Under the pieces are notes generated by a model, which did not search any database, was not told the origin of the DNA, and worked only from the letters and a program-made list of their open reading frames with translations. The translations under genes and the position numbers were made by a program. A DNA stretch of 63,095 nucleotides, the filler included, from Octopus bimaculoides (Eukaryota), in assembly GCF_001194135.2 (NCBI RefSeq). It is 4 parts of 4 records of this genome, joined end to end, with 100 filler letters (N's around TTAATTAATTAA, not from the genome) between each part and the next. Parts side by side here need not be neighbours in the genome. Positions count along the whole stretch, not along the records: positions 45,755 to 63,095 come from NC_068983.1; 3 more parts are not named here. The stretch is one strand, 5' to 3'. Positions 51,789 to 63,095 of the stretch are shown here, piece after piece. Each line of letters opens with the position of its first letter. Within the stretch, counting starts at the first letter, position 1.

Positions 51789-54399
51789 ATGCTAAACAAT
51801 TACTTTACCTGAGCAGAGTACACATTTATTAATGTTAAGTGTAACCTCATGAAAATTTACAAACGAATGGAGATGGTTTAGACATGCGAAAACTTAGTAA
51901 CAGTACAAGCAAAACCAGCATACTATTCCAAATATACAATAATTACGCAACTTCATACTACATGCAGAGATATTCCTTCATTTTGATGATGATTTAGTGA
52001 AGAATGATCGGAATTTGCTGAATACTGTGCATAAAGAGTATCTATGATAATGGGCTAGTGAGAAATCAGACATAACATCTGATTGTGGATTGGGTCAATA
52101 TGCATTTAGCAGTGGAGTTAGACAAACTGTTTTTTTTTTATTATTTTGGTTGAATAAATGGCAAAGGAATGAAGCAGTGTGTTAGTGATCCAATTGTAGT
52201 CGATAATGAGTGTGATTATTAGTTAATCAATTCCCATCATTTTTAACTCACAAGAATGTTTTGCTCTTGTGTATGTAGTAACATTATTGTACTAGATGTA
52301 CAAATAATACGTTAATGGTGGTCTTACATGAGAATTGTAGAATGCAAACCACAAATAATATCTCAGTCAGTTTTGTCGGATAGGCCTGATCATAATTTTT
52401 GATATATTATATCAATAACAACACCAAGAATAATCGTCAGATATATCGAGTCCAACTATTTGAAAATTTTATTTTGCGCACGAAAATAGCAGATAGAGTT
52501 CAATACTTATTAAATGTACGGATAATCTGATTTTGTTTGTCTTAAAAAAAATTATCATTATGCCCTGAATGTAGAATTTCTTTTTTGGAAACGCATATGA
52601 TGTGTAGAGTGTCCATACATTATATATGTAAGGGGCTACTTACTGTCTGGAAAGGAAGAAAAGAATATTTATAGATTTTATGTACTGACTTCTTGATAGA
52701 AACAAACAGACATTTTTCTAAGTACAGATGGAACGACTTGAGAAATATGACCCAAATTTAGAGTGCATTTGATTCTCAAAATATGAACCAGGAAAGAGCT
52801 GAAGTATGTTTCGCTACAGTTAAATAGTTTGATAGTAAACTTTTGACCCCGAAGACCTTTAACAAGTATAAACTGTAATGTATGACAGTAAAAGGTAAAT
52901 ATTTTCAATAAAAGTTAAGCTCTAGGCATTTTGTAATAGAAAGAATGTTTCATTACTTAAATTCGACTTAAATTTCCAGTTCTGTTACCACATAGTGAAG
53001 GGTAGAAGGAAAGTGACTAACAGTGCTAAAAAAAAAGAAGGACGATATTCCCAAACTTGTTTGGAACGTTTGCAAAAGAGTAGTTTCAGCTGAAGAAAAC
53101 CACGGGCGAGATGGTTATGATGCACCAGAAAACGACAGAATATTAAGGACATTCAGATTCGGAGAAGTGTGATTAAAGCATGTAACTACACTCTAGATTT
53201 TGCTCAAGGCAGGCAGACACCAGGCAATTTCCTTCAACCGAGTGTATAATATAAAAGCACAAGCAATTTCAAGTAGAGCTTCGGAACAAGCGACCTAGGA
53301 TATTATCTCCCAGATAATAACTAGAATTTCTTATAATTAATCTATATCTTTGGACATATTGCAGCATGTAATATTGTTTATTTTTCCTGACAAAACAACA
53401 TCATCCCCAGTTTTAAGGTTATTAAAACAAAAAGTACATGGCTTCTCAGGACAATCGTTGGTTTAAATAACTGAAATCCATTCTACATTACAAAACTGTG
53501 TACACAGAAGCACCATTTTTAGAACGTTCTCAAAGTATTTGATCTGAATTTTTTTTCATGTAGTCAACCGAAGATAGACTACTTTCAATTTCTCAAGATG
53601 AACACCATGTATCACGATGCTGGTCTCATTAAAATATGCATAATTAATACCGTTCTATTTAATCATTCGAATATATAGCAGGCTTACTACATTTTATGAC
53701 GATTAAAGTGCCTGTTCAAAGCTGAGCAACTCCTGTCTTTCAGCCTTCTTCACTCTGTTACTTCGTTAGATATTGATATTTTATATTGGAATAATGATTT
53801 CTAGGGAAGTAGTTTACTCAGTTTAAATAATGATGACATAGCTTAATAATGCCTGCTCTATTGTTGGTAAATAGGCTAAGTAAATATTTCAAAGTACTTT
53901 GTCTGGTGAACTAATGTAAATATTAGATGTCTTCTCTTGTACATATTGGATCCAACAGAATGTTCTAATTGTTTTTTAAGGATAGAAATAAAATAAATTT
54001 ATTTGCATTAAAATACTTTCTGTTCATTAAAGTACCTTTCATTTGTGTTACTGACACTAGTCTGTCTAGTCCACAGCATCAGAAAATGGGAACTGTTGGT
54101 AGAAAAGACGTTTTCAGTTTGTTTTATCGCTGCATTTTAATCATTAAATGATGTTTAGTCTAAGGTATTTTTCAAAACCACTTACAAATGAGGATCAGGT
54201 GTGCAATATCAAGAGAGAGTGAGGGATGCATTAAAAAGTCTCAGCAAATCTCATTCAGCTTTGTGATGACTGTCATAAAATCCTAAGGTATGGAGTTGTT
54301 TTGTTGCAAACAACTCTAACCTGTTGGGTTATTCTGGCCTCATCTGTAACTTGTTTTATTCAGTTTCTCCAACAGAAGTATAAGTAAGAAATGAGGATC

Positions 54400-55015
54400 T
54401 ACTTGATTAGGATTGACTCATAAAAAATAAGGATTTCGAAATGACACCGGACAAAAGCATTGCATTTTGGCATGAGTATTGCGCTTTGATAGCTGTTCTA
54501 ATGTATTCTCATACAAAACCCGGATTTTTTCGCACTACATGAACATAGACAAATCTTTTTTTTATATCTTCAGTCACCAATCGATTAAAGAAAATTAATT
54601 TCATTGCATTTTAAGATGCCCGCACCAATATAGTAACTGTTCATGCACTTTCTTTTTTCTGAAATGTCGTTGGGGTCCAAAATATCATTGAAGGAAACGA
54701 ATCCAATTTCGCTAAGTTTTCATGAACAGTATTTTTTAAAACTTTCAGCATCTCAACAAACTCCCTAGTTTTGATATTTTGCTTTACTTCAATGTTTATC
54801 TTGAAAACAGCGTCATTCTCCGAAGATCTTCTAGAGCTACTTGCATACATACAGACGAAATCCCAGATCTAAATTTTAGAAAGCATTTTCGGAACATGAA
54901 CATTGATTCACAAACAACATCATCATCTTACACTTCAGAAATAATTTTCCTTGTTTCTGCAGCCGCTTGATCATTCATTTATATAGAAAATTGCATCACA
55001 TCCTAAAAATTAAAA
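54400..55015 (-). mobile_element. Degenerate mariner transposase, 5' two-thirds
   Basis: The minus strand gives AAAETRKII, LKFRSG, KTREFVEMLKVLKNTVHENLAKL and FFNRLVTED. Confidence 0.7.
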
Positions 55016-55814
55016 GCTTTGTTATCCATATTTGTTTTTGAGAAGGCCCGAAAAATTAACATATATAGTAATTCGCTGGTTGAAAAGTAACCAATAGATT
55101 ACCATACTGCAATTAATGTCAACTTATTAACCGTAACAGCAAAACAACTGCTACATGAATCGTTCAAAACTGCAGGAATCGAAATCGCACAGAAATCCCG
55201 GACGACCCAATATTGTAGCAAAACTATGATAAGGAAAAGCAAACATAATATTGATCGTCCTGTAAATTCGAACCTTATGATTCATCGCAATATATTGCAA
55301 GATATTTCATCTGCCACTGTCATGATTCTATCAATCTGTTATTCTTGATATTTCCAAATCATGTTACACTATGTCTACCATCTACGTCACTTCAAAAATA
55401 ATACCCAACTAAATTTACGTAATGTTATGTTCACAGATCTGATAATTTTACCAGCCCACTACAAGATATTTTAACCGACAGTCTACCGATTCTGTCAATC
55501 CAGTAACAATATTGCATATAACATGAATTGTTTTAAATATATATACTGAATAGTATAATTGGTATTTAGATTTAAAATTGATGGATTTGATGTGTTATGT
55601 TGGTTTTAACTACATCTACACATAGTGGCGGTTTAAATAGCAGATAAAATGTGCTGCATTAGAGGCACTTGCACTGTACCAATGTTCATAATTAGAACAA
55701 CACTTATTTTCTAAAGCAGTTAGAACTATTTCCGGTTAGCATTGAGTGAACTTTTGAAATAAAATCTCACAATGTTTTTAAAAGGACACTATTCATCTCC
55801 TCATATAATATTAT

Positions 55815-56030
55815 GCGAGCTGGCAGAATTTTTAACACACCGGGCAAAATGATTAGCGGTATTTTGTCCACCTTTACGTCCTGAACTCAAGTTCTGCCGA
55901 GGTCGACTTTGCCTTTCATTATTTCTGGGTCGATGAAATAAGTACCTGTTAAGTTCTGGGATCTATATAATCTACTTAACCCCTCCGAAATTGCTGGCCA
56001 TGTTCCAAAATTTGAATCCAATCTTAAAGG
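55815..56030 (+). mobile_element. tRNA-derived SINE family B
   Basis: A-box-like ctggcagaat and central gccgaggtcgactttgcctttcat...gggtcgatgaaataagtacc. Confidence 0.75.
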
Positions 56031-59000
56031 AAACTTATCCTTTAATAATGTAATGAAATTGAAACTGATGCGTCCAAATATAATCAACATGCATTAAAAA
56101 GTAATACCAGGGCTTATTTCGTAAGAGTTACTCTCAAATAACAAATTTTCCCGATATCAGCATTTTTATACTTCATCCGATTACGAAAATCTACACATAA
56201 AGATTACTTATCCTGTTTTTAATGAAACGAATACACATATAATCTTCAAAGAAATAAAATATTTTAAAATTATAATATACCTTTTATGTTTCCGCTAAGA
56301 AACCAGAACCTTGTGCCTGAGGAGCTGCAAAAAGTTTGCATTTTTGTGAATCCTTTATAAGAAGTTCTGAAAGCTAATTAGCTAAGCTCTTGATGGAAAG
56401 CATCTTACAAAATTGTCACCTACATAAATGGAGTGTTGTCAGATTAAAAGTTAATACTAAATACCTAATTAGTTTTGGAAACCTTTAACTGACATGTAAT
56501 TATCGCGGACAAGTACGACTTTGCTCAATCACACCGTCCCGTATATGTCTATAAATCCATTTTCAATGTATTTTCTACTTAAACTTACGCCAATAAATGT
56601 GTGTGTNNNNNNNNNNNNNNNNNNNNNNNNNNNNNNNNNNNNNNNNNNNNNNNNNNNNNNNNNNNNNNNNNNNNNNNNNNNNNNNNNNNNNNNNNNNNNN
56701 NNNNNNNNNNNNNNNNNNNNNNNNNNNNNNNNNNNNNNNNNNNNNNNNNNNNNNNNNNNNNNNNNNNNNNNNNNNNNNNNNNNNNNNNNNNNNNNNNNNN
56801 NNNNNNTATATATATATATATATATATATATATGCATTGCACTTGTACTTCTCTGCAGAAGATGTTGTGGTGGAAGTACCAATGTTTGTAATGTGTTCTG
56901 TACAAACAGTTGGGAAGAAGTTACGTTTGAGTTGCAATAAACATGCGTGAAGACGCCAGACCATTACCCTTATTGTCACATCTAAACGCCGTCTGTAATA
57001 CACGCATAATGCATTTAAATCAACTTGCGGATGTAATGTGCATTCTATATTAGCCACCCTATGCCACAAATCATGATGCTTAGTTTGAGGAAAGCCTTAA
57101 AATTACAATACTAGAACAATGCAACATCAAAACGAAATACGAAGGCAACATAATCTCCAGCAACATGCAAAGAGTGCAATTAAACAGTATCATTAATTGA
57201 AATCATGAGAGTGATGTTCACGGAACACACAATCATCTTTCAAATCAGCACCACTGGTACTTTAGACAAATGCTTCTCCAATAGTGTGAAATATATCCCC
57301 AATGTGAAGGTATCAACGACAATATTCTGGGACCATAGCAGAATAGAATATGCGATGTTCACAATGTATTTTGAAAGCATTCCAAATACATAGAACCGAA
57401 ACCCTATCCTTTCTGAACTACTACAAGGCTGGCTGAAAGTCAATTGCAAAGAGATCCACAATCAAAATTGACTTAAAAGTCTTCCTTTGCAAGGCGTTGA
57501 TATGTAACTCAATAATGCAAACTATATGCATTAAATTTGTTGCATTCAGAGAGACGATCGAGAGATGATCCAATATACGTATAGACATCATTACCCCAGA
57601 CATGAGATCACTTATGAAATATAGAGTAAAATTTGTAAATCGCTTAAATAAAGAACATAATGTTAGTGAGAAATGCCGCAGAAAGATGCATATTTAGAGA
57701 GCGAAATTAACTCTGACACTTACATGACAAAAAAAGAGAAAAAAGGGAAACCAGAGCTGTTGAAAATATATAAATAAATCCTTAAACCTTTATTGTAACG
57801 TAGACAATTATTGTAGTATCGCCACTATTTATGACGATACTTGCTTACCTTATAACCTTGTAGTAACAATAAAATATATAAGGAAGCAGGGTAACAACAG
57901 CGTAACAATTCAAAGAAACTGTCCACGAACTATATGCCAACCAGCAAACGATATTCCGACAAACTACCAAAACGACACCTTACGACTTACTGCAATAAAC
58001 CCCTACTTCCACCGTCTCTCACTTAAACTGCTACTATTTATACTCGTTCAGTCAAGTCTACTCTCGAAGCGGGTGTCGTGACTCTCACCACAACAACCTT
58101 CTACAAATTTGCAAGAAACTGCCTCAGTGCGCTACAAAATAGGGTCATGGTTTTGAAACAAAATTGTTAAGTGAGTACAGTGTGAGGAAATGTGAAGAAC
58201 TAAATAAACAATTACAAAGTGGCATATATGCAAATAAGCAATCTTATGTCTCCTTTAACTTCACATATCTATCCAACAAAGAGGTAAAATTGACTACATC
58301 AAGGGATGAGATCCAGAGATTCCCAGTTTAGAAAACACTTACCAGCTCAGATGATTGAAACTTAGACACCCATGTCTTTACGAGGGACCAATTTCGCGAA
58401 ATAAAGAATTGCTGTAAGCGGAATGAAGTTGAGCAGATATGAAGGTAATTATGTAGAGAAATAATTTTAATATAGGAGCTTTGACTTGATATGCAAAATG
58501 TGTATTTATATATAAGAAAGCAATTAGACCCTTTCCCTACTCAAATGATTATCATCCCTTTTCTCATTTCTCATCTTCCCATTGTTCTAAAGCCATAATC
58601 CTTAAATTTTGACACCTACTCACAAACCCAGCAACCTCTGAAGACCCTTCACGTCTTACTTAATCCAGCCTTCCCACTCATGTTCCAGCTCTCCACTTCC
58701 GATTCTACCTCCTTAATACCCTCATTGTTAACCTCTTCCCTTTTCCTGAACCGGTTCTATTATCTCTTTTCACTCTTCCTTGCCCCAATACTCCCTATAA
58801 CCCCACCGAACCTCCCACTTCTTCCCACCAATAATGCTTGCGCTCCACATTTAAACTTTTCACCTTTAAAATTCTCTGCATCATTATCTGAAATTTAGGA
58901 GGCTCGATTCAATGTTGATAGCATCAATTTCGGCCTACATTTACCAACATTATGATTGATCTCCAGCCCCCAGCAACAACTACTGGACTTATGACACCTT

Positions 59001-59670
59001 GATTCCTCCACTTTAATTTTCTCTATCGTTTCTGCTCTGTGTCAGTTTTATCTATTGCTATGAATATCTATATATTTATAATTAAATATTCATTGTATGA
59101 AAGTCTTCATTCTTTGCTTTCTCTCGTGTTGCATGAATTCATATATATAAATCTTGTATATCAAACCCAAACTGTTATATTTAATTTGTTTAATACACTC
59201 AACCTGTGGCCGCAGTTAAGTGAGTGAAGCAAGTAAAATAATAAAATAATATACATACCTATAATATATACAGGTATTTGCTTCTGATAGAAGAAGGGGC
59301 ATATATTTTTAAATATTTTCATTGTTTTTGCTCTTATATCAAATAAATTCTTAAATTAGTTGTTGCTGGTAGCTGTGCATAGCGCCATTTAAACCTTCTT
59401 TGGGCATCTTCAGTACAGCATAACTCAAGATAGAAGTTAATAAAGTTAAATCTAATGTTCAAAGAAGCTACGTTTATTTATTTTTATTTTTTATTTTTTT
59501 GTCCTTTATTATCATCCCAAATCGTTAAATGTTTAGATGTAATGAAAAACGTGTTTTCTTACATAATGTAAAATAATAAACCCAGTGCAATACTGCTTTG
59601 CAAAAATGTTTTCTGGGTAGTTAGAGTCAATGTTCCTACCACGAACAAGCAACTTCATATATTGTTCCAG

Positions 59671-59720
59671 GGTGCAGATATGGATTTCCGGCTGCAATTT
59701 CTTTTGTGGTATTTGTTGGG
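59671..59720 (+). CDS. Candidate exon with a start codon and signal-peptide-like start (MDFRLQFLLWYLLG)
   Basis: attgttccag acceptor, gtgagt donor and ATG at 59680; no downstream exon found. Confidence 0.25.
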
Positions 59721-60017
59721 GTGAGTTTCGTTGCGGGCTTTGGTGCCAGGTCTCGTGAATAATCCCAGAAAGTCAACGAGAGCATTCTAGTTTAAATTTA
59801 ATTGAAGAACAAGCATATTTAATTTTCAATTTTCTCTCTCTTACACACACACACACACGCACACACACACACACACANNNNNNNNNNCTCTTACACACAC
59901 ACACACACGCACACACACACACACACACACAGCCACACCAAAATATTGTTGTTGCTCAAAGTTTCACGTAACCGTTCACCAGAATATTGTGATAATATTG
60001 AATATTCAAATATGTGA

Positions 60018-60397
60018 CTCTCTTTACTCTATTTTACTCTTTTACTTGTTTCAGTCATTTGACTGCGGCCATGCTGGAGCACCGCCTTTAGTCGAGGAAA
60101 TCGAGTCCAGGACTTATTCGTTGTAAGCCTAGTACTTATTATATCGGTCTCTTTTTGCCTAACCACTAAGTTACGGGGACGTAAACACACCAGCATCGGT
60201 TGTCAAGCGATTGTGGGGGGTCAAACACAGACACACAAACACACACACATATACATATANNNNNNNNNNNNNNNNNNNNNNNNNNNNNNNNNNNNNNNNN
60301 NNNNNNNNNNNNNNATACCCAAGGTGCCACGCAGTGAGACTGAACCTGGGACCATGTGGTTGGTAAGCAAGCTGCTTACCACACAGCCACTCCTGCG
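60018..60397 (-). mobile_element. tRNA-derived SINE family A (gap inside)
   Basis: Reverse complement colinear with 39370-39926, in both the head and the tail. Confidence 0.88.
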
Positions 60398-60869
60398 CTT
60401 ATAGCTACTTACCACATAGCCACTCCTGAGTATATATATATATAATATAATATGATGTAATATAATATAATATAATCTTACATTTCAACTAAAAAGCATT
60501 TCAATCTGATTGTATAAATAATTTCCAAAAATACAACGCTGAGATAGGCGATTGACCTTCTCGGAGAAATAAAATATCAACAATACATCGGAAGAAATTC
60601 ATATAATAGCTCGTAAAAAAAAGAAAAAGAATAAAAGCGACTATATCTAGAAATGGATATATTCTATGCACATAATTAAAAGGGATATAATAGAAGTGCA
60701 AAAAGCGGGATTAAGAATTAAAATTAAAATTGAGAAGTGTTGATAATAATAAAATGCCTAAACAAATCAAAACGAGAGAAAAAGAAGTAGAGTAGAAAGT
60801 GCAATAATAATAATAATAATAATAATAATAGTGATGATGACGATGATGATAGTAGTAATGATAATAATG

Positions 60870-61080
60870 ATTATTTCTACACTAGGCACACGACCTTGAA
60901 AATTTAGGGGACAGGGGGATAGTCGATTATATCGACGCTAGTGCGTAATTGGTATTTATTTCATCGAGCCCGAAGGGATGAAAGACAAAGTCGACCTGGG
61001 CGGAATTTGAACTCAGAACGTAGCAGCAGACGAAATACCGCTAAGCATTTCGCCCGGCGTGCTAACGATTCTGCCAGGGC
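60870..61080 (-). mobile_element. tRNA-derived SINE family B
   Basis: Minus strand ctggcagaatcgttagcacgccgggcgaaatgcttagcgg...gagttcaaattccgcc (A and B boxes). Confidence 0.85.
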
Positions 61081-61087
61081 TCCGTCT

Positions 61088-61184
<97 letters not shown>

Positions 61185-61210
61185 AAGAAGAAGAAGAAGA
61201 AGAAGAAGAA
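61088..61210. repeat. (TAG)n(AAG)n microsatellite
   Basis: Directly visible. Confidence 0.95.
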
Positions 61211-62119
61211 AGACAGAAATGGGAAGGGAGAGAAAAACAAATAAAAGGAAAGAGGAAAAGAGAGGAAGAACAGGCAGAATAAGATAAGGAAAAGAAATAA
61301 GTATACAACGGAATGGGGGAAAAGGTGATTTAACGATATAAACATATCAGATAATCGAAATAAAGTATCAATTTAAGGCTCTGGTGTAGTATGGGATATT
61401 GAAGGTTAATGGATTGTTTATAGAAAACGAAGGCAACAACTTTAATAAGTAACCCCTAAAAGAGGGCGGGTAAATGGCTGCGAAAGCGTAGGTGAACAAT
61501 GTACGAACACACAGATACAGTAAAATACATTTAATTAAAAACGGTATAAATAATATACAAGTAAAAATGCAAAAATATACAACTAAGACAACTACATCGA
61601 AACGTGTGCAAAAATACACATACACAGATGCATATGTACATANNNNNNNNNNNNNNNNNNNNNNNNNNNNNNNNNNNNNNNNNNNNNNNNNNNNNNNNNN
61701 NNNNNNNNNNNNNNNNNNNNNNNNNNNNNNNNNNNNNNNNNNNNNNNNNNNNNNNNNNNNNNNNNNNNNNNNNNNNNNNNNNNNNNNNNNNNNNNNNNNN
61801 NNNNNNNNNNNNNNNNNNNNNNNNNNNNNNNNNNNNNNNNNNNNNNNNNNNNNNNNNNNNNNNNNNNNNNNNNNNNNNNNNNNNNNNNNNNNNNNNNNNN
61901 NNNNNNNNNNNNNNNNNNNNNNNNNNNNNNNNTATATATATATATATATATATATGTACGATATATATGTACATATATATCGTCATGGTGTATCACTTTA
62001 AAAAAATTAATTGATCATATTGTCTTCAGTACGTATTTCAATTAGGCACCTATTTTTAGATATATGCTAGTGGACATAATATTCGATTTAACAACAAGGG
62101 TAAACGCACACACACATAT

Positions 62120-62275
62120 TAGGTGCAAGAATGACTGTGTGGTTGAGAAATTTGCTTCCCAAACACATGTTTCCACGTCCAGTCACTTTGCAGGGAACCT
62201 TGAGCAAGTATTTTCTACTATAGCCCTAGGCCAACTACAGGCTTGTGACTGAATTTGGTAGACGGAATCTGCAAC
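62120..62275 (+). mobile_element. Degenerate SINE family A, 5' part
   Basis: tgactgtgtggttgagaa, ccttgagcaagt.ttttctactatagcc and tttggtagacggaa. Confidence 0.7.
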
Positions 62276-62983
62276 GTTGTTCATCAGAAAATGACCGAAA
62301 CATGTTTATAAAGTAGAGTTGTTTGCTTCATACTCCTCGTGTGGCGATTCTGCCCATCATAAAGGAACAAATAATACGATGTGGTTGTAGGTCATAACAC
62401 CCGGGCAACGGCTGGATGCATTGCTAGTCATTAATATCGTTAAAGCGGTCTAAGACAGACTGTTTGTTAATCTAAAAGGTTATTCTTATAACACTACTTA
62501 TCTAATGCTGAACTGAATCTGAAATATTTATGTTATCTCTATTTTAGCAGGATTAATTAGTTTATGTTTAGGATTTCACCTAAAATTGGTTTTGTGGTCA
62601 TTAAGAGTAAGAAAGGGCTTAAGTGGGCGAAGATAATCTATCCTATTATTTAACGATAAAGCTGGTTATGTTTCTTCTTGTTTCGAGATTCATGCCTTTA
62701 TATAAATTATTATCCGCCTTTTTATGATTATCTGTGATAACAATTCGAGAGAAATCTGTTGTAAAAATATTTGTCCATAGCATACAAGTAAAATACTTAT
62801 ATTTACACTTCATATGTTACACACACATAGTTTATTCTATATTTATTTCTTGTTTTTCTTATCCTTACTGTATTTACTACATCGTAACCTCTTTCCCTTT
62901 AATTCTTTTCTTATTCTCCCTTTTTCTCATTCTCCCTTCTTCCCATTCTCTATTCGGTTTTTACTTCTCTTATCACTTTCTCT

Positions 62984-63038
62984 ATTCTTCTTCTTCTTCT
63001 TCTTCTTCTTCTTCTTCTTCTTCTTCTTCTTCTTCTGA

Positions 63039-63080
<42 letters not shown>
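62984..63080. repeat. (TTC)n(TTA)n microsatellite
   Basis: Directly visible. Confidence 0.95.
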
Positions 63081-63095
63081 GTCAAGACGAAGAGT

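Noticed and set aside
56830-57610. Overlapping hydrophobic ORFs suggesting a membrane-protein pseudogene
   Set aside because: Frames are broken by stops and I recognise no family motif
59838-59930. Perfect duplication of ctcttacacac... on both sides of a 10-N gap
   Set aside because: Likely unmerged overlapping contig ends, an assembly artefact

Overview
AT-rich, microsatellite-dense, gapped eukaryotic (animal) genomic DNA. The SINE and LINE repertoire suggests an octopus genome; this is an inference. The only host gene I can identify with confidence is two minus-strand coding exons of a GNPAT/DHAPAT-like peroxisomal glycerone-phosphate acyltransferase (40544-40345 and 27336-27160), separated by a 13-kb intron. 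The first coding exon and the downstream catalytic exons were not found. Most remaining sequence is decayed transposable elements: a cluster of R4/Dong-clade non-LTR elements next to (TAA)n tracts (about 1-22.6 kb), RTE-clade LINEs all antisense to GNPAT (26-44 kb), several mariners including one full-length 1286-bp copy, Tx1/L1 and CR1/L2 fragments, and two tRNA-derived SINE families. Three gaps carry an artificial six-frame-stop linker, so contig order across them is uncertain. There is no CRISPR array, rRNA or convincing tRNA gene, and I see no clearly novel biological system. The most interesting signals are a CpG-decay footprint in the GNPAT contig, TAA-associated Dong elements with very short 3'-end copies, a four-level nested insertion, a repeated hairpin in the RTE 3' UTR, and two weakly supported candidate plus-strand genes. 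All identifications are by eye and from remembered family motifs; no searches were run.
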